Below are positions 7,940 through 16,288 of a stretch of 47,491 bases of DNA, in pieces (position 1 is the first letter of the stretch; the number at the start of each line of letters is the position of its first letter). The notes beneath the pieces were generated by a model. It was not told the origin of the DNA and searched no databases. It saw nothing but the letters and a program-made list of their open reading frames with translations. Position numbers and translations under genes: made by a program. This DNA is from a virus. The stretch is taken from the IMG/VR virus record IMGVR_UViG_3300037467_000655, positions 1 to 47,491 of that record; one strand, 5' to 3'.

Positions 7940-9289
7940 ATGAACGATACGCTGGAGCAGCTCCAAAACAGACTTATCGAGTTGAAAGACTCGGCAAACA
8001 ACATCCAAGCTCGTGCTGATGCGGAAAAGCGCGAATTGACGGGCGACGAACAGAAGGAAATCGCTGACATTTTCGCGGCTTTTGAGAACGTCGAGGCTGA
8101 TATTGCTCGCCGCGAACAGCTTGACGCGATCAACGCGAAAGTTGCCGCTCCTGCTGGCCGCAAGACGAGCCCCGAAGTTGTTGACGAGCCGCAAGCTGCC
8201 GCGAAGCCTGCCCACAAGGTTTACGCTCAGCCTCGCAGTGCGGATGCGAACAAATGGGGATTCCGCTCGCAGGCTGAGTATCTCTCAGCCGTCATTGCTT
8301 CTTCCCGTAAGGGCGGTCAGATTGATCCGCGCTTGATTGCCAATGCGCCAAGCGCGTACGGCACTGAAGGTTCAGGCGCTGACGGCGGCTTCGCTATCCC
8401 GCCCGATTTTCGCAGCAACATCATCTCCAAAGTCACCGGCGAAGAATCGCTGCTTTCCTTGACCGATCAGCAAGTCACGTCTGGAAACAGCATTACTTTC
8501 CCTGTGGACGAAACCACTCCGTGGCAAAGCTCAGGCGGCATCCAAGCGTATTGGGAATCGGAGGCCGGCCAGCATACCCAATCCAAGCCAGCGTTCGTCG
8601 AAAAGACCATCAAAGCCAACAAGATCATCGCCCTGGTTCCTTTGACTGATGAGTTGCTTGACGACGCCGCGGCGATGTCGAGTTACGTGAACCGCAAAGC
8701 ACCGGAAAAAATCCTGTTCCGCTTGAACGACGCGATTATCAACGGAACTGGCGCTGGAATGCCCCTCGGTATCCTCCCGTCTGCTGGGACGATAACTGTT
8801 GCGGCTGAAGGAAGCCAGACCGCAGATACGGTCAATTTCAACAACATCATCAAAATGTATTCGGCCTTGACGCCTTCCGCTCGCGCCCGGGCGAAGTGGA
8901 TTATGAATCCTGATGTTGAACAGCAACTCATGACCATGAGCTTCCCTGGCACTGGCACTGCTGTTCCTGCCTATCTGCCTCCTGGCGGCTTGTCTGCCTC
9001 TGCTTACGGCACGTTGCTTGGTCGTCCTATCATCACCAGCGAAGCCTGCTCGGCGCTCGGCGACAAGGGTGACATTATCTTCGGCGATCTGGCCAATTAC
9101 TTGACCGTGGTCAAATCTGGCGGCATCCGTTCGGATATGTCGATCCATCTCTGGTTCGACTACGACATCACCGCATTCCGGTTCGTTATGCGGATTGGCG
9201 GTCAGCCGTGGTGGAATACCGCGATCACCGCCTACAAGTCCGGCAGTTCGGCTCGCGGCTTCTTCTCGGTGTTGGCTAACCGCCCCTAA
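7940..9289 (+). CDS. Major capsid protein (HK97 fold) with N-terminal scaffold-like delta domain
   Basis: 449 aa. It has a coiled-coil N-terminus, then 'GSGADGGFAIPPDF', 'ALVPLTDELLDD', 'DAIINGTGAGMPLGIL'. Confidence 0.9.
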   Translation: MNDTLEQLQNRLIELKDSANNIQARADAEKRELTGDEQKEIADIFAAFENVEADIARREQLDAINAKVAAPAGRKTSPEVVDEPQAAAKPAHKVYAQPRSADANKWGFRSQAEYLSAVIASSRKGGQIDPRLIANAPSAYGTEGSGADGGFAIPPDFRSNIISKVTGEESLLSLTDQQVTSGNSITFPVDETTPWQSSGGIQAYWESEAGQHTQSKPAFVEKTIKANKIIALVPLTDELLDDAAAMSSYVNRKAPEKILFRLNDAIINGTGAGMPLGILPSAGTITVAAEGSQTADTVNFNNIIKMYSALTPSARARAKWIMNPDVEQQLMTMSFPGTGTAVPAYLPPGGLSASAYGTLLGRPIITSEACSALGDKGDIIFGDLANYLTVVKSGGIRSDMSIHLWFDYDITAFRFVMRIGGQPWWNTAITAYKSGSSARGFFSVLANRP

Positions 9290-9299
9290 ACCATGAATA

Positions 9300-9317
9300 G
9301 CGAGGCTTCGGCCTCGC
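9300..9317 (+). other. Stable stem-loop after the capsid gene (no T run)
   Basis: GCGAGGC-TTCG-GCCTCGC, a 7-bp stem with a UUCG tetraloop. Possibly an mRNA stabiliser or weak attenuator. Confidence 0.5.
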
Positions 9318-9345
9318 CCCATGAATCCAAAATAAGGAAATCATC

Positions 9346-9786
9346 ATGCAAATGACTTCAAAACCAAGCGAACGCGCGGCAGTTGTCGCTGTAATCAGCC
9401 CCGGCGCTCAGACCGCTGGAGCCAAGAACTCTGGATGGGTTGACCTCACTCTCTTCACCCGGCTGATGGCCGTTGTATCGACAGGAACGATGGGCGCTTC
9501 AGCCACTCTTGACGCCAAATGGCAGCAGGCCGATGACTCGTCTGGCACGAATGCTACGGACGTCGGTACTTCTCTTACGCAAATCCTGAAGGCAAGCGGC
9601 GACAACAAGCAAGCCGTGATGAACTTCGTGCCGAGCGTTAGCTATACCTCTAAGCCATATGCCCGCCTGGTTATGACTGTCGGTACTGCGACTTCGGACG
9701 CTGGAGCTGTCGTTCTTGGTTTTGATCCTCGTCACCTCCCGGCCAGCGATAACGACGCGACCTCTGTTGTTCAGATCGTCGGCTAA
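9346..9786 (+). CDS. Hypothetical virion protein (Ala/Thr/Gly-rich; possible decoration protein)
   Basis: 146 aa, directly after the capsid gene. No family recognised. Confidence 0.5.
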   Translation: MQMTSKPSERAAVVAVISPGAQTAGAKNSGWVDLTLFTRLMAVVSTGTMGASATLDAKWQQADDSSGTNATDVGTSLTQILKASGDNKQAVMNFVPSVSYTSKPYARLVMTVGTATSDAGAVVLGFDPRHLPASDNDATSVVQIVG

Positions 9787-9986
9787 TGAAAACAATACGT
9801 CTGTTAAAGGACGTTGTTGGAGCAAACGAAGAGCCCTTCAAGGAGGGCTCTTTTCAGACGCTCAACGACGCATCCGCCGATCACTGGCTAAAGCGTGGCC
9901 TCGCTGTCGAGGTATCGGAGCAGGAAGTAACGAAAGAGAGTTCGACTCTCACTCTCCCGCGCAAGAAAAACAAGGAGAAAGCGTGA
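9786..9986 (+). CDS. Hypothetical protein (66 aa)
   Basis: ATGA overlap. The N-terminus 'IRLLKDVVG...ADHWLKRGLAV' resembles a ribosomal L9 N-domain pattern (weak). Confidence 0.45.
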   Translation: MKTIRLLKDVVGANEEPFKEGSFQTLNDASADHWLKRGLAVEVSEQEVTKESSTLTLPRKKNKEKA

Positions 9987-10180
9987 TTCCGCTGATCTGG
10001 ACTGCCAAGGGCAATATGCCCATCGAGCAGTTGGAATACCGTACGGAATGGTTCGAAAACGCCGATGAGATCGGCTTGGCTGAAATATACGAATTCAAAG
10101 GCGAAGTGGTGCGCCGTAGCGTTCACGTTCGCAAGAAACGCGGCGCCGACATGGGCGCAGAACAAGAGAGGATGGGCTGA
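9983..10180 (+). CDS. Hypothetical protein (65 aa)
   Basis: GTG 9983 overlaps the upstream TGA. The longer track ORF from 9716 would overlap two genes. Confidence 0.4.
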   Translation: MIPLIWTAKGNMPIEQLEYRTEWFENADEIGLAEIYEFKGEVVRRSVHVRKKRGADMGAEQERMG

Positions 10181-10635
10181 TGGCTAACACTGCCGCTATT
10201 TGCAATAGTTTCAAAACTGAGTTGATGAACGGTATCCATGCGTTCGGGACTTCGGTAGTCCGCGCTGGGACGACTGCTGACACGTTCAAGGCGGCGTTGT
10301 ATCTTGCTTCGGCAACGATCAACAAATCTACCACGGCTTACAGCGCGACCGGCGAAGTCTCTGGCACGAACTATACCGCTGGCGGCGTGACGGTGACGAA
10401 CGCGAACGCTCCGGCTAACGCTTCAGATATCACTTACTGGACGCCTTCTGCTTCTTTCTCATGGACTACGGTCACGCTCAGCACGGCTTTCGACGCTTGC
10501 CTGATCTACAACAGCACGCAAAGCAATAAGGCAGTCGCTGTGTATACGTTCAGCTCGCAGACCGTTACGGCTGGCAACTTTACCTTGACCATGCCGACTA
10601 ACGACCAAACGACCGGGCTGCTGAGATTGTCGTGA
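10180..10635 (+). CDS. Hypothetical structural protein (151 aa, Thr/Ala/Ser-rich)
   Basis: Tightly coupled ORF (ATGA). The beta-rich composition is typical of virion proteins. Confidence 0.5.
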   Translation: MANTAAICNSFKTELMNGIHAFGTSVVRAGTTADTFKAALYLASATINKSTTAYSATGEVSGTNYTAGGVTVTNANAPANASDITYWTPSASFSWTTVTLSTAFDACLIYNSTQSNKAVAVYTFSSQTVTAGNFTLTMPTNDQTTGLLRLS

Positions 10636-10955
10636 TAGCGTTAAAGGAGTGGATTTACCAGAATTTCATTGTTCTGGATCAGTGGGCGAACGCCTTCTTT
10701 TTCGGGGGCTCGGCAGATGAAACCATGTCATCCCGTTGCTACCGGCTAAACCACATCAAAGCATACAGAGCGCTTGAAGTAATCATCAATGCAGGGTTTC
10801 GTCCCTTCCAAGGGCCTGAACATTGCCGCAACGCATACATCAAGGAAGTTCGTGGGCGTCAGTTGCCTCATGATTTCTTCGACAAGGCAATCTTGATGGG
10901 GATATTCCCGGCTGATCCTGAGGTGCTAGGGGATGAAGTGAAGGTGGGTGAATGA
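10632..10955 (+). CDS. Hypothetical protein (107 aa)
   Basis: Coupled ORF containing 'LDQWANAFFFGGSADETMSSRCYR'. No function known to me. Confidence 0.5.
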   Translation: MIALKEWIYQNFIVLDQWANAFFFGGSADETMSSRCYRLNHIKAYRALEVIINAGFRPFQGPEHCRNAYIKEVRGRQLPHDFFDKAILMGIFPADPEVLGDEVKVGE

Positions 10956-11440
10956 TTATTCAGGGGCTGTTCGAAGAACTGAGCGCCGATCCGGAGGCGC
11001 TCGGGTACCTGCCACTGATTCAGGCAAAGAACGATCAAGGGGTTGCTGATCTCCTGAACGCGCAGACATTCAGCGTGCCAGTGACGAGAATAATTACGGC
11101 TCGCGGGATTCTCTCTGATTACCCCGGCGGCCCATCTGCTGCCGCTACTGTTCTTGACAAGCTGGACGCAGCATCAGCATCGATTTCCGCTTTGAAATGG
11201 GCATGGAAGTTCATTAGCGGGGAGGGTTTGGATATAGGGCATGCGGCCACCCAAGGGATGCTTGATTTCCTGGCTACTGCTGGCGCAGGGAGCGTTCTAA
11301 CCGCACAGGAGGCCAGTAACTTAAAGTCGCTTGGCATGGCAAACAAGAGCCGCTCAGAAATTTTGTTCGGCAAGCAAACGACTGCTAACGAGGTAGCGTC
11401 TGTAGTGCGCGACGATTCTGGCAATCAATTAATAGGATAA
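10952..11440 (+). CDS. Hypothetical protein (162 aa)
   Basis: Coupled ORF. No motif recognised. Confidence 0.5.
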   Translation: MIIQGLFEELSADPEALGYLPLIQAKNDQGVADLLNAQTFSVPVTRIITARGILSDYPGGPSAAATVLDKLDAASASISALKWAWKFISGEGLDIGHAATQGMLDFLATAGAGSVLTAQEASNLKSLGMANKSRSEILFGKQTTANEVASVVRDDSGNQLIG

Positions 11441-11444
11441 AAGC

Positions 11445-11831
11445 ATGGCGCTAACAAAAACAGCGCGGACAATAGTTGCCTCTGCTTCTAACGCGGCCGC
11501 TGGCACAACTCGCGGCAGGCTGGATATGAACGCCGTGCAAGGCGGCGGCTTCCTCACTATCAAGATGACAAATGGGGGAACCGGGCCAACAGTGCAATGC
11601 ACAGCAAATGTGCTTATTGCTCATAACGCCACTCTACCCGCTGCGGCGTCTGCTGGCACAGACTGGAAAACGATAGCTAGCTACGGCGGCGGCACTACAG
11701 CCAGCGCCGTTACTGAAATCGGCATGCCTATTGATCCGTCCATCATGGCTCTTGAAGTCGAGTTCACGGGGAATACAGGGCAAGCGGTAACGGTCGAGGC
11801 TTTCTTAAGCGAACTGACATCGGCGGTGTAA
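11445..11831 (+). CDS. Hypothetical structural protein (128 aa, Ala/Thr/Gly-rich)
   Basis: Its composition and length resemble the ORF at 9346..9786. Confidence 0.5.
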   Translation: MALTKTARTIVASASNAAAGTTRGRLDMNAVQGGGFLTIKMTNGGTGPTVQCTANVLIAHNATLPAAASAGTDWKTIASYGGGTTASAVTEIGMPIDPSIMALEVEFTGNTGQAVTVEAFLSELTSAV

Positions 11832-11832
11832 C

Positions 11833-13284
11833 GTGGGCGGCATGATCGCCCTTCCGCAGCGGTTTCTCTCCCAGCCGCAGTATCAGGTTCCGGTAGCGCA
11901 GCGGTTCCAGGCTTTCTCGCCGAAGATAGCCGTGCTCCCCGCCTCTGCCGTAAACATAACCAATGGCAAGTCAATATCGTTTGCCAATGACGCAACCCGG
12001 AAGGGCGGGAATTTCTACTTCCCGGGCGCAAATGGTTATGTCGATCTAGGCTCTGATGCATTCGTAGGATCGACAAATTTCTCGTTTGTCGTTGTATCGA
12101 AACTCGATTCGTTCCCAGGTTCTTTCCCTGTCGTCCTCGGCCTTAAGACCACTGCTGGCACGAATCTGGCCGCGTTCTACTCGAATAGTGCAGCCTACAT
12201 TGACTTCACTGTTGGGCAGAATGGCATAGGCGACCCGTTCTCGCTGACTCCGTTCGGCAGCGTTACCGGGACGTGGCACAGCTTCGTATACACGAATAAC
12301 GGAGCAGGGAAGCTGTTCTGCAACGGTGTACAAGCAACGAAAGGCGCCGCAAACTCACTGGCAGCATCAAGTGGGAATACCGTTTTAGGGCAGTCAAACC
12401 CAGGCAACCTTGCCAACGATTTCAATGGGTCGATAGCCTGTTTCGCGCTGTTCAATGGAGTACTTCCAGATGATTTAGCGCGGCAGGTATCCGCAAACCC
12501 TTGGCAGATATTCCAAGCCCCAGCAAGGCGAATTTGGGCATCCGACGCTTCCTCTGACGTAAGCGTCGGCTTAACCGGCCAATCGGCATCTTTAGCGCGA
12601 GGAACACTAGCTCCGTCAACAACGGTAGCGCTGACCGGGCGGAGTTTGACATCCGCTCAAGGCTCTGTAAAACCCGCTCTTAGTGTTTCCTTAACCGGGC
12701 AGGCGTTAACCAGTGCGAAGGGAGCGCTAGGTGTAAGCGCAAGTGTTGCTCTATCCGGGCAAGCCTTAGCATCAGCAAGAGGAACGCTATCCCCAGCAAC
12801 AAGCGTCGCCCTGTCAGGGCGAATCCTGGCAAGCGCTCAAGGTACTCTGAGCGTATCTGGAGCGGCGTCTGTCGCGCTCTCAGGGCAATCGCTGACATCG
12901 GCGCAAGGGACGCTAACACCGCTCGCAGCATCGAATGTCGCGTTAACCGGGCAGCAACTTAGCTCGGCACAGGGAACGCTTGGCCCCGGCAACTCAGTAG
13001 CGCTTTCGGGCCAGTATTTAACAAGCAATCAAGGATCGGTAAGCGCCGGGACAGCGGTAACACTGTCAGGACAGACAGCGACGCTAGCGCAAGGCAGTCT
13101 CGGAATAACCGGCGACAGATCGGTTCAGCTAACCGGTATTCAGTCATCGTTACTAATGGGTAGCCTAACGCCGTCTATCGGCGCGGTCTCTTCTTTAGTC
13201 GAGCGCACCGCGATATTTCATCAAATCGTTTCCCGCTCTACAAAATTCCAGCGCAGCAAGGCTGTCACTGTCAGGTTTAACTAA
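11833..13284 (+). CDS. LamG/concanavalin-like domain protein with C-terminal tandem repeats
   Basis: 483 aa. The N-terminal half, 'FSFVVVSKLD...TWHSFVYTNNGAGKLFCNGV...GSIACFALFNGVL', looks like a LamG jelly-roll. The C-terminal half holds about 10 repeats of V-x-L-[ST]-G-Q-x-L-x-S-A-x-G-[ST]-L. Confidence 0.65.
   Translation: MGGMIALPQRFLSQPQYQVPVAQRFQAFSPKIAVLPASAVNITNGKSISFANDATRKGGNFYFPGANGYVDLGSDAFVGSTNFSFVVVSKLDSFPGSFPVVLGLKTTAGTNLAAFYSNSAAYIDFTVGQNGIGDPFSLTPFGSVTGTWHSFVYTNNGAGKLFCNGVQATKGAANSLAASSGNTVLGQSNPGNLANDFNGSIACFALFNGVLPDDLARQVSANPWQIFQAPARRIWASDASSDVSVGLTGQSASLARGTLAPSTTVALTGRSLTSAQGSVKPALSVSLTGQALTSAKGALGVSASVALSGQALASARGTLSPATSVALSGRILASAQGTLSVSGAASVALSGQSLTSAQGTLTPLAASNVALTGQQLSSAQGTLGPGNSVALSGQYLTSNQGSVSAGTAVTLSGQTATLAQGSLGITGDRSVQLTGIQSSLLMGSLTPSIGAVSSLVERTAIFHQIVSRSTKFQRSKAVTVRFN
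12565..13173 (+). repeat. Coding tandem repeat array (about 10 units of 60-66 bp)
   Basis: Units include VGLTGQSASLARGTL, VALTGRSLTSAQGSV, VSLTGQALTSAKGAL, VALSGQALASARGTL and others. They are degenerate at the DNA level. Confidence 0.85.
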
Positions 13285-13586
13285 TGGCCGATTTCGTGAG
13301 TGGAGACACGGCGTCTACGCTGCTTGTCACATGCAAGGATGGCGATGGCACAGCGGTCAATTTGACCGGCTGCACCGTCAAACTGCGCTGGCAAGAGGCA
13401 ACAGGAACCGTTGCGGACAGGACTATGACCATTGTGAGTGCCTCGGAAGGAACAGTCAGCTATAAATTCTTAGCTGATGAGCTTTATGCGCCCTCTATGT
13501 CTTTCGAGGTCAAAATCACCGACGCAGACGGATACCTTTTGCGTAACCCTGGCCTGATCACGGAAATGGTGCGTGAGGCTCTATGA
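13284..13586 (+). CDS. Ig-like (BppU-N/DUF2479-like) small protein
   Basis: 100 aa. 'GDTASTLLVTCKDGDGTAVNLTGCTVKLRW...EGTVSYKF...FEVKITDADG' is a pattern seen in phage Ig-like adhesion domains. Confidence 0.45.
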   Translation: MADFVSGDTASTLLVTCKDGDGTAVNLTGCTVKLRWQEATGTVADRTMTIVSASEGTVSYKFLADELYAPSMSFEVKITDADGYLLRNPGLITEMVREAL

Positions 13587-14143
13587 AACTCATCACGCCG
13601 CCTTTAATAGAGCCAGTCTCTATCGCTGAAGTTAAAGAACAGATCGGGATTGCAGACAATGTTCTGGACGGCATCATTTCACGCCGCATCACTGAGGCGC
13701 GGAAATATGCGGAGGACTATACCGGCAGGGCCTTGATCACTCAAACCAGAGAGAAGCGCTGGGATAACTTTGTTGACGAACATGAACTGCCCTCTGCGCT
13801 GACTGTTGTTTCGTTCAACTATATTGGCGAAGACGGAACTGAGTATACGATTGACCCATCGTATTACGTTCTTGATACCTACGCGACAATACCATTTGTA
13901 AGACTCGCCTATGGCTATTCCTGGCCCTATAGGCGTTATGAACGTAACGCTGTAAGGATTCAGTACACCGCAGGCTACGGCTCAACAGCAGCCACCGTAG
14001 AGCCTCTGATACGTGAGGCAATCATCCTGCTCGTAGGGCATTGGATGAACCATCAAGGCCAGAACGAAAACGGCATAACAATTTCCCGCGTCCCGTATGC
14101 AGTTCGGGACATGCTAGACCCCTACAAGCTCTACTTCGTTTAA
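13583..14143 (+). CDS. Head-tail connector (gp6-like, Phage_connect_1)
   Basis: 186 aa. 'PPLIEPVSIAEVKEQIGI...RRITEARKYAEDYTGRALITQT'. Confidence 0.75.
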   Translation: MKLITPPLIEPVSIAEVKEQIGIADNVLDGIISRRITEARKYAEDYTGRALITQTREKRWDNFVDEHELPSALTVVSFNYIGEDGTEYTIDPSYYVLDTYATIPFVRLAYGYSWPYRRYERNAVRIQYTAGYGSTAATVEPLIREAIILLVGHWMNHQGQNENGITISRVPYAVRDMLDPYKLYFV

Positions 14144-14605
14144 ATGCACGCTCGGCAGCAAATCAGAGAGGCGGTTAAAACCATCCTCTCTAGGGCTCCT
14201 GTTGCCTGGAGTTCGGTAATCGGTTCACGCATTGCATCAACCATGCAGCGCTGGCCGTACCTGATGGTATTCGCCGACTCTGAACAGTCCGACGCGGTAA
14301 CGGTTAACGATCCTTGCGTCTATGACCGGACATTGATCCTGACAGTTGCTGGAATGCTGCGTCTACCTGGCACAGGGGATACGTACACCATCGAGGACAA
14401 GATGGATGAGTGCGCTGCTGAGATCGAGACGAAGCTCACTCAATCGGCATTGCGCGGCGAGGTCGCTCAAGTACAGACGCTATCGCTAGTCAGCACCAGC
14501 ATGGAAGTGGTTATCGAGGACGACGGCGTAGACCATGCCGAAGTAATCACGTCTTGGCGCATCGGTTACTCAACATTGGAAGGTTCACCAGAAACATTAA
14601 TTTAG
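14144..14605 (+). CDS. Tail completion/terminator-like protein
   Basis: 153 aa. The position just before the tail tube gene and a DUF3168-like N-terminus support it (weak). Confidence 0.4.
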   Translation: MHARQQIREAVKTILSRAPVAWSSVIGSRIASTMQRWPYLMVFADSEQSDAVTVNDPCVYDRTLILTVAGMLRLPGTGDTYTIEDKMDECAAEIETKLTQSALRGEVAQVQTLSLVSTSMEVVIEDDGVDHAEVITSWRIGYSTLEGSPETLI

Positions 14606-14614
14606 GAGAAGTTC

Positions 14615-15277
14615 ATGGCAAATATTTACAAGAATTCTGGTTTGGTGCTGGCGATGCAGAGCGCTGCCGGGACAGCTACTGCGATCACCACGTTCACCAA
14701 TGCAAACCCTGGCGTCGCTGGTGCTACAGGACACGGCCTGCTCGACGGCGACATTATCCTAACCACATCTGTTGGCATGATCGAGATTGATCAACGCATG
14801 TTCGTTGTGGTCAACAAGACAACAGACACCTTCCAGTTAAAGAACGCCGCAACCGGCGCGGTTGGAATCGACACGACCAATTACGGCGTATTCACATCCG
14901 GTACGTTTACGAAACTGACGCTCGGAACGACGATTCCCGGCGTTCAAGACTTCTCCCCCCAAGGTGGAGACATCAAGTTCCTTGATACCACTACCGTTTC
15001 CGATACTCGCGACAAGCAGATCGTGGGCGGGATTACTGCTATGTCCTACGCGATGACTATACAGTGGGACCCTTCCGACACTGCTCAAGCCGCCATGCAA
15101 GCCGCGTTCGAAACCGGCGCGGCCAAGGGCTTCCGTATCAAATGGCCGAATGGGCGCTACACGATGTTCTACGGCTCGGTTGGCTTTAACGGTATGCCTG
15201 GTGGAAGCAGCCAAGGTGTTACCACGACTCAGGCGGCTGTGTCGATGAATGGATTGGCTACCCACGGTATTCCGTAA
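14615..15277 (+). CDS. Major tail (tube) protein
   Basis: 220 aa, with AGGAG upstream. It immediately precedes the chaperone and tape-measure genes. Beta-rich composition. Confidence 0.65.
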   Translation: MANIYKNSGLVLAMQSAAGTATAITTFTNANPGVAGATGHGLLDGDIILTTSVGMIEIDQRMFVVVNKTTDTFQLKNAATGAVGIDTTNYGVFTSGTFTKLTLGTTIPGVQDFSPQGGDIKFLDTTTVSDTRDKQIVGGITAMSYAMTIQWDPSDTAQAAMQAAFETGAAKGFRIKWPNGRYTMFYGSVGFNGMPGGSSQGVTTTQAAVSMNGLATHGIP

Positions 15278-15621
15278 TGAGCCAAATCCTGATTGACAAA
15301 ATCCGCAACGCTCGGCAGACTAGGGTGGAGGCTGGAGGCTTTACCTTTATCTGCCGTCGCCCGACTTATCGAGAAGCCCAGGAGATGAAATCCAAGGGCG
15401 TTACCGGCTGGGAGCTTCTCGACCGGTTCATACTTGGATGGGAAGGCGTCAAAGAGTCTGACATAGTTTCAAGTGGAGACTCTAGCCCAGCAGAATTTTC
15501 CCCTGAGCTGTGCGCTGAATGGCTGGCTGATCGTCCGCAAATGTGGGAAGGCATCAGCGACGCGATTCTGAATGAGTACAAATCGTACGTTGAGAAACTG
15601 GCCGAAGCAGAAAAAAAATAA
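15277..15621 (+). CDS. Tail assembly chaperone (gpG-like)
   Basis: 114 aa, acidic. Its position upstream of the tape measure fits. It ends with the slippery run GAAAAAAAATAA. Confidence 0.75.
   Translation: MSQILIDKIRNARQTRVEAGGFTFICRRPTYREAQEMKSKGVTGWELLDRFILGWEGVKESDIVSSGDSSPAEFSPELCAEWLADRPQMWEGISDAILNEYKSYVEKLAEAEKK
15612..15618 (+). promoter_or_regulatory. -1 programmed ribosomal frameshift site (A AAA AAA)
   Basis: An A8 run at 15611-15618 sits in X XXY YYZ register relative to the G frame, one codon before the stop. Confidence 0.7.
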
Positions 15622-15836
15622 CAGCCTGGCTGGATGAGTTCAAGTTACCCAAGGAGCTCCAGTCAGGCGAGATTCCGCAAGAGTGCATTCTGGCAAAACA
15701 AATATGGATCATGTCGGGTCGCACGATTGACTACGCGGCTCTGCCTGTTCTGTGCGAGATGTACGGCGTTGAAGATATTGAAACTCTGTTGATTCAGTTA
15801 GTGGCAATGCGGGATTTCGAATGGCCGACGCGATAA
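15618..15836 (+). CDS. T-extension of the gpGT frameshift fusion (no own start)
   Basis: I translated the -1 frame by hand. It is open for 73 codons (ITAWLDEFKLPKELQSGEIPQECILAKQIWIMSGRTIDYAALPVLCEMYGVEDIETLLIQLVAMRDFEWPTR) up to TAA 15834-15836. Confidence 0.7.
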   Translation: MTAWLDEFKLPKELQSGEIPQECILAKQIWIMSGRTIDYAALPVLCEMYGVEDIETLLIQLVAMRDFEWPTR

Positions 15837-16288
15837 CCATTACCGGGCTTAAAGAGATTCAGAAGAGTCTCTATTCCTATTCGCAAAGGCTCGGGGATCG
15901 TGTTGTACTAGGGGCTTTACGGCAGGGGGCTAACCTCATCAAGCGCGAGGCTCAGGCTAACGCTCCCGTCAGCAAGAACGGTAATCCAAAGCTAGGGACG
16001 ACGCCGGGGAACTTAAAGCGTGGCATAGTCGTACGCAAATCAAAGATACATCGCGGCAAGCTATCTAGCGACATGATTGGTTTGTACCTGACGATCAAAA
16101 GCACGAAGAAAACCGATCCTTTCTATGGACGTTTCCAAGAGAGCGGCTGGAAAGCAGGGAATCGCTTAATCCCTGGCAAGAAGTTCATAGACCGAGCCTT
16201 TCATGACAAGAAGGAAGAGGCCGTCGCTTTAATCGTCAAATCCGCAACATCAGCGGCCGATCTATTGGCTGCTAAATTGGGTCTGTAA
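15821..16288 (+). CDS. HK97 gp10-family protein (neck/tail-completion)
   Basis: 155 aa. 'ITGLKEIQKSL...LRQGANLIKREAQANAPV...DPFYGRFQESG...IPGKKFIDRAF'. Confidence 0.7.
   Translation: MADAITITGLKEIQKSLYSYSQRLGDRVVLGALRQGANLIKREAQANAPVSKNGNPKLGTTPGNLKRGIVVRKSKIHRGKLSSDMIGLYLTIKSTKKTDPFYGRFQESGWKAGNRLIPGKKFIDRAFHDKKEEAVALIVKSATSAADLLAAKLGL

Noticed and set aside
8531-9322. 263-aa minus-strand ORF inside the major capsid gene. Similar long antisense ORFs occur at 6040..6585, 7813..8217, 16201..16695, 22571..22969 and 42899..43429.
   Set aside because: All lie entirely antisense to strongly supported genes. They are Arg/Ser/Gly-rich in the way expected for the reverse frame of G+C-rich coding DNA, and they lack SD sequences or motifs.
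12565-13173. The tandem repeat array considered as a CRISPR array or satellite
   Set aside because: The repeats are degenerate, have no unique spacers, stay in one open frame and encode a periodic peptide motif. It is a coding repeat.
15611-15618. The A8 homopolymer considered as a sequencing error splitting one long chaperone gene
   Set aside because: The arrangement (short G ORF, slippery heptamer one codon before the stop, start-less -1 extension) is the canonical conserved G/GT frameshift. A homopolymer miscount remains possible and should be checked in the reads.
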